Of a stretch of DNA of 64,000 bases, positions 57,925-64,000 are shown in pieces. Position numbers and translations under genes: made by a program. The notes under the pieces are model-generated. The model was not told the origin of the DNA. It saw only the letters and a list, made by a program, of their open reading frames with translations, and did no database searches. How positions within the stretch are numbered: position 1 is the first letter of the stretch; every line of letters begins with the position of its first letter. The stretch is from Octopus vulgaris (taxonomy: Eukaryota), in assembly GCA_951406725.2 (NCBI GenBank), contig OX597834.1, forward strand, positions 1,116,001 through 1,180,000. The letters are read 5' to 3'.

Positions 57925-58791
57925 CTAAGCATTGTAGTATTTGAAAGTATTAATAAGTTTATGTATACAGGATGGTTTGAACTCTGACCTTTTGTTAATA
58001 AGATTGTGTTTGTCTTTGAATTTCAAGATGTTCAGGAGTTCTACACAGCATAATTGGCATCCTGCTCTATTATTTAAATAAGGTGCAGCTGATCCGATGA
58101 TGGACCATCTGAGTTTGAAGCCTATGCATTTGTCTTTTAATTCCCAAATTCTTTTAGAGAGGGAGGTGCTGTTAGCCTTATGTCTATGTCTCAGCGAGGA
58201 CCGGTGGTTGTAGTATCTGGATTTCCAGGAGGTTGAGCAACCAATATAGGTGAGTGTGTTAAACTGAGTACTCACCTCACATGAGTATATTACGTTTTTC
58301 GCCCTGCATGCGCCCTGCAGCGGGCACTCTGATGCACATCTGCAGTTGCATTGCATTGCATTATTCGGGCGGAGGTGTTGCAATACGAGTGGGGGCGTTG
58401 GTATCCTCCTGGTTGTTGATGGGTGTAGTATTTCCTCTGTTGTGTTGGCGGGTGTTATTACTAACTGCTTGGGTAGTATGGCTGCCAGTCTGGTTATGTT
58501 GCCTACTGTCTAGATGAGGGGGTTCTGTTGGTCGCTATGGTTTGCTCTTGATCTAGCTGTTCTAATATTAATATAGTTATGTTTAGCTAAGAGGCAGCTC
58601 ATGTTGGGCAGGGTAGAGTAGGAAATCCTAATAGTTTTGTTGGAGAAGATACTTCTATATTTGTGGGTGGGTGGGAAGTTGTTGGAAATTATAGAGAATA
58701 TTCTCTTACATAACTTACCTCTAACTGCTAAGTTGAAAGGTATGTTGAACCATATATATTTGCGTAATCTACTATTATCCCTTCTATTTCT
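57925..58791 (-). pseudogene. PLE RT thumb + Cys-rich linker + GIY-YIG endonuclease (5'-truncated, one in-frame TAG at 58510-58512)
   Basis: YIWFNIPFN...FPPTHKYRSIFSNKTIRISYSTLPNM (thumb); CNCRCASECPLQGAC; VIY...YIG...R..NH...LSKRIW...CQLC..E...N. ORFs 58510..58854 and 57925..58383 are in the same frame with no other stop between them. Confidence 0.92.
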
Positions 58792-59646
58792 CCTAGACCT
58801 AGAGGCGTGGGCATATACGTGTGTGTATGTAGTGAGGGGCGCGCGTATATACATGTGAGCGTGTACGCGCGTAATGTCCGTCTATATATGCGGATATTCT
58901 GTTGTATGTATGTGTGTGTGCGCGCGTGCGTGTGGGTGCGTGTGTGTTTATGTACGTGTTTACACGCGAGTGCGTGTGTATGCTTATAGGCTTGGAGACG
59001 TATATGTACGCGTGTATGTGGGTGTATGTACCCATGATGATATGTATGTACTGGAAGTCCATTTAATTCAAGGAACCAGATTAAATTCTCATCAGCTCTG
59101 ATTTACGACGAAACTGTTAATTTACTGACAGTTCTACAACTAAGTTTTATCAATCTCCTGACCACCATGCTTGGTCCGCGACCTCTATACATCCCTTATC
59201 TTTACATTCTTTTACACTTTTATCATGTTTTTATCAGGTTCTTTTACTTCTTTTACTATTATTTCCATTTCTATTTTTACTTTACAACCTTATGCCTTTA
59301 CATTTATTTATATTTCTTTATATTTCTTTATACCCCCTTTACATCTCCTTACAACTCTTTATATCTTTATCCTCTACATTTTTATATTATTCTATACGTA
59401 CATTTTTTATATATATTTTTTATCCCTCGTCCCGAACTCTCGCCCCTCCATCTTCACCTCTATATACGTATTTATTTATTTACATTACCTCAACATCCAA
59501 GTTTCCTCATTCTACATTGAGAGAAGAAAGAGATGGACGCTTCAATTCTATGCTGCTGCCGCATTATGTCGTACGTGAACGAGAGGATTTGCATTCCCAA
59601 CCAAGAATTTTTGATGTAACACATGTCCTTGTGGAAGCTGTTGTGC

Positions 59647-59724
59647 GCGGCTGAAGAAGGCCACAGACATACATTATGCTTTGTTATAAATCTGTCTAAT
59701 AAAGGCCCGAAACATATGTACCGC
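59647..59724 (+). ncRNA. Type I hammerhead ribozyme in the inverted 5' pseudo-LTR
   Basis: Exact reverse complement of 56258-56335. Confidence 0.88.
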
Positions 59725-59763
59725 TGAATCCTTCGCCTCATGTTTTTATTTTTATTTTGATCA

Positions 59764-59824
<61 letters not shown>

Positions 59825-59825
<1 letters not shown>

Positions 59826-59975
59826 CAAATGAAAGACAGAAGATGGAATATACGCGAATGTATTATTAATCACAATTGTTTAGACATATCTAGCATCGAT
59901 TCCTCTTGTGGGTCACACAACAACTGGTTCAGGAGTATCCGGTGGTGCAGACATATCTCGTTGGGTGATATATGT
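59825..59975 (-). mobile_element. Decayed PLE end with extended-stem-II hammerhead relic (59869-59969)
   Basis: atcac CCAACGA gatatgtct...agatatgtc TAAA caattg tgat; homologous to 10985-11135; shares the (TA)n tract with the large PLE. Confidence 0.55.
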
Positions 59976-59979
59976 GAGT

Positions 59980-60026
<47 letters not shown>

Positions 60027-60191
60027 CATGGATGGATGTATGGATAGGTAGATAGATAGATACATAGGCTTAAAAAGGATTTAGATAATTCTATCAGGTG
60101 GTGCTGTAAAGTTAGACATGGCCTGGACCAGTCTTTGGTCAAAGCATGTCTAAGTTTATCTAAGTTTATATGCGTGGCTGTGGACACTCAC

Positions 60192-60279
60192 ATACAAAAT
60201 ATGGGCGTTTAGTTCACAGGTGATTTAACGTATATGACTGGAGATGTTTATCTTGCCTTAACATATGTTGTCCAACAAT

Positions 60280-60342
<63 letters not shown>

Positions 60343-60444
60343 ATGTATGTAATTATTTAACAGGACAACAAACGTTCAGGCAAGACAAACATCTCAAGTC
60401 ATATACGTTGAATCACCTGTGAACTAAACGCCCATATTTTGTAT
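60192..60444. repeat. Foldback inverted repeat centred on (TA)n
   Basis: ~94-bp arms 60192-60285 / 60346-60444 (atacaaaatatgggcgtttagttcacaggtgatt... and its reverse complement). Confidence 0.9.
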
Positions 60445-60841
60445 ATATATACAGATATATATATGTATATGTGCCTATATACATACATACGCATGCGCGC
60501 ACAAAGGAGGAGAGATAGAAAGAGAAGAGATAAGAATGAGATAAGCATTTATGCATTACTTGACGTCGCATACGTATACATACACAGATACGCATGTGCG
60601 CCTGAAGAGAAAGAGAGAAAGAGAGGACTGTTATTTAATGCCAAACACAACTTCCAGATTTACACTCTCACTTCTTTCCATGATATTCTTGATATAACAA
60701 CCTGGCTGATATCTGTCTATCGTCTTGGTGATATCCGTGCGTATATCCTGGCTGGAATTTCTTTATAACCTGACTGATATCTGACAATTGTCTTGGTGAT
60801 ATTGATGTCTATCCATCCGCCTATCTACCTCTTCGTCTATG

Positions 60842-60911
<70 letters not shown>

Positions 60912-60969
60912 CATGTATGTATATAAATATAAATAAATAAATATATATATATATATGCATGCATGTATG

Positions 60970-61018
<49 letters not shown>

Positions 61019-61146
61019 GTATGTATGCATGTATGTATATAAATATAAATATATATATATATGTGTATGTATGTATGCATGCTTGTATATATTTTGCATT
61101 CATGTATATATATAGATATACATATATATATGCATACATCCATATA

Positions 61147-61179
<33 letters not shown>

Positions 61180-61188
61180 GCATATATA

Positions 61189-61242
<54 letters not shown>

Positions 61243-61246
<4 letters not shown>

Positions 61247-61760
61247 AAAGTAAGAAAGGGGTTATGAGTGTAACCCACTATGGGATATCAGTTACCCAAT
61301 ATACTGCTGGTGAAGCACCCAAATGCCAAATACATAAATGCTTATAATTGCAATGCAATTAATTCATTTATTGTATCGGATGGGCGAAGGTAAAATATTT
61401 TACCTCAAATTCATAATACAAATAAGAAAGTGGAGGAACAGATTCATTTCAATCATAAACTTACAGATATTACCAATTCATATTATTTATTAACTATATA
61501 AATATGAACATCCAAATCGAACAAAACAATATACATCAATATGCAAGATAATCATACCATAAGAATAATACACGTAAAATGGTCCTTACAGCTGTTTAAG
61601 CCTATAGATAAAAGTATCTCATTCTGCCTATATTAGTAAGATGTATTGAGGTAATATGCAGTTAAAAATGAGGTACTTATATATATATATCTCAAGGATT
61701 CGTCAGAGATTATAAAGTACAATTATGAAAATGTAAATATAAATATGAAACAAAACACAC
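61243..61760 (-). mobile_element. (TA)n-adjacent PLE-like 3' end with decayed long-stem-II hammerhead (61584-61709)
   Basis: Minus: tct CTGACGA, ~100 nt, TAAA cagctg TA agg (GAAA mutated to TAAA); hairpin-rich tail next to (TA)n. Confidence 0.5.
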
Positions 61761-61764
61761 ATAT

Positions 61765-62192
61765 AGGCGCAGGAGTGGCTGTGTGGTAAGTAGCTTGCTA
61801 ATCAACCACATGGTGCCGGGTTCAGTTCCACTGCGTGGTACCTTGGGCAAGTGTCTTCTGCTAAAGCCTCGGGCCGACCAAAGCCTTGTGAGTGGATTTG
61901 GTAGACGGAAACTTAAAGAAGCCTGTCGTATATATGTATATATATATATATATATGTATGTGTGTTTGTTTGTGTGTCTGTGTTTGTCCCCCTTAGCATT
62001 GCTTGACAACCGATGCTGGTGTGTTTACGTCCCCGTCACTTAGCGGTTCGGCAAAAAGAGACCGATAGTATAAGTACTGGGCTTACAAAAAAAGAATAAG
62101 TCCCGGGGTCGAGTTGCTCGACTAAAGGCGGTGCTCCAGCATGGCCGCAGTCAAATGACTGAAACAAGTAAAAGAGTAAAGAGTAAAGAGTA
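61765..62192 (+). mobile_element. Full-length young tRNA-derived SINE (dominant family)
   Basis: GGCGCAGGAGTGGCTGTGTGGTAAG head, GGTTCAGTTCC B box, CORE-like ccttgggcaagtgtctt, internal (TA)/(TG) tract, (AAAGAGT)n tail. Confidence 0.92.
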
Positions 62193-62449
62193 TACATTTG
62201 GAGATATCTCTCTATATAAACATTAGTGTATATACATATATACATATATATAAGTATGTATATAAAAATATACATACACATATAATTAATTATATATACT
62301 GGAATATACATATATATCCATATCCATGGGTACATATACAATGTTCATTACATTACCAATATTATTATTAATAATAATATTAATATTAGATTATGTGCAT
62401 TCTGCTATTCACAATACATAGTAAATGAAAAATACAACATAGATTATAG

Positions 62450-62562
62450 TATAATATAATATAATATAATATAATATAATATAATATAATATAATATAAT
62501 ATAATATAATATAATATAATATAATATAATATAATATAATATAATATAATATTATATAATAT
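62450..62562. repeat. (ATATA)n pentanucleotide repeat
   Basis: Directly visible. Confidence 0.95.
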
Positions 62563-62794
62563 ATAGACAGATGTTTATGAAAGATGCAAGCACATTAATT
62601 CAACAAACAATGTCATTATATTCATATATCATACAGTCAAAATCGAGACTTCAGTCTTATTCTGCAGACATAAATATATATATATACACACAGGTAACAA
62701 ACACATGCATAATGCACAATGAATTTGCTCCTCCATTTTCTTATTTGTATATTATATATATATATATAATAAAGGGCTCCCAAATAAGGATTAT

Positions 62795-62868
<74 letters not shown>

Positions 62869-62932
62869 GCATATATATATGGATGTATGCATATGTATAT
62901 ATACGTGTGTGTGTGTGATTATGTATGCACAC

Positions 62933-62995
<63 letters not shown>

Positions 62996-63515
62996 TGTGT
63001 GTGTGTGTATTGATATATATATATAAATTGACTGATATCTGTCTGTCGCCTTGGTGATATCTTGCTAATATTTCGATAATCTATATGTTGACTTAGTAGA
63101 AGTTTATTGGAGCCAGTTTACCTTAGTTTACATATTTTCTTCCGTAAGGTAGAAGGTGAGGCATTTTCCGTAAGTACAGAATATAGAAGTCAAAGCTTGT
63201 GCGGTGCTTAATCAACAGGTTTCGAACTACGGAAGCTAAAGAGGACAATAATATTATTCGAAATCAATGAGTAAGGACCGTACCTCAAACAGCTCATGTT
63301 CCTGCTAGGAATTGTATTTAATAGTCTTCTTTTTATTTGAGGTACAGGTAATGGAATGCGTGGGTGGGATGCTCGTCTGAGAATTATGCCGAATTGGGTT
63401 CAATCCTTCATTGTAGACCCTTGTGACACTGCATCTTCTGCTGCTAAATTCAAGAGTCAAACAATATTTTGTGAACGAAATTTGATTGACGGAAACACGC
63501 TGGACATATGAGTAT

Positions 63516-64000
63516 ACACACACACATACATACATACATACATACATACATACATACATACATACATACATACACACATACATACATACATACATACATG
63601 CATACATACATACATACATACACACATACATACATACATATATACATACATACATGCTTACATACATACATACACACATACATACATACATACATACATA
63701 CATACATACATACATACACACATACATACATACATACATACATACATACACACATACATACATACACACATACATAATACATACAAACATACATACACAC
63801 ATACATGCATACATGCATACATACATACATACATACATACATACATACATACATACATACATACATACATACACACATACATAATACATACATACATACA
63901 TACATACATACATACATACACATATACATACACACATACATAATACATACATACATACATACATACACATATACATACATACATACATACATACACACAC
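63516..64000. repeat. (CATA)n array running off the window end
   Basis: Directly visible; preceded by a decayed SINE 5' half (~63370-63510). Confidence 0.97.

Larger units (their letters stand above)
56146..59768 (-). mobile_element. 5'-truncated Penelope-like retroelement with inverted pseudo-LTR, inserted in (TA)n
   Basis: Inverted repeat 56214-57191 / 58792-59768 (about three visible differences), GIY-YIG ORF between the arms, a hammerhead in each arm, (TA)n on both sides, ~68-bp 3' tail outside the repeat. Confidence 0.93.

Noticed and set aside
57925-58791. Naiad-type or selenoprotein PLE, or a host GIY-YIG gene
   Set aside because: The endonuclease is C-terminal, the stop is TAG rather than TGA, and the pseudo-LTR context shows it is a retroelement.
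59098-59135. Possible second hammerhead in the pseudo-LTR (CTGATTTACGACGAAACTGTT...)
   Set aside because: Core is CTGATTT, there is no stem II and no stem I pairing.

Overview
Eukaryotic, very AT-rich, microsatellite-saturated DNA. The SINE and simple-repeat content looks like an octopus or other cephalopod genome (inference). No host protein-coding gene is recognisable, and nearly all listed ORFs are translations of (TA)n/(CA)n/(CATA)n tracts. The window holds transposon relics: tRNA-derived SINEs, two non-autonomous Helitrons, a full-length dead DD37D (maT) element, mariner/pogo/hAT remnants, and LINE fragments (Dong/R4 3' end, L1/Tx1 ORF1 and endonuclease). The main signal is a dense set of microsatellite-inserted Penelope-like element (PLE) ends carrying type I hammerhead ribozymes. 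I read 13 hammerhead motifs by eye, about six with intact cores. They come from several families, have short, mostly palindromic stem III and stem II inserts of 16-100 nt, and most lie on the minus strand. The anchor is a young 3.6 kb PLE (56146-59768) with a C-terminal GIY-YIG endonuclease, a CxCx5C linker and ~977 bp near-perfect inverted pseudo-LTRs, each with a hammerhead. There are also two foldback palindromes centred on (TA)n tracts, three candidate minus-strand splice donors and a 100-N gap. All calls were made by eye and many boundaries are approximate.
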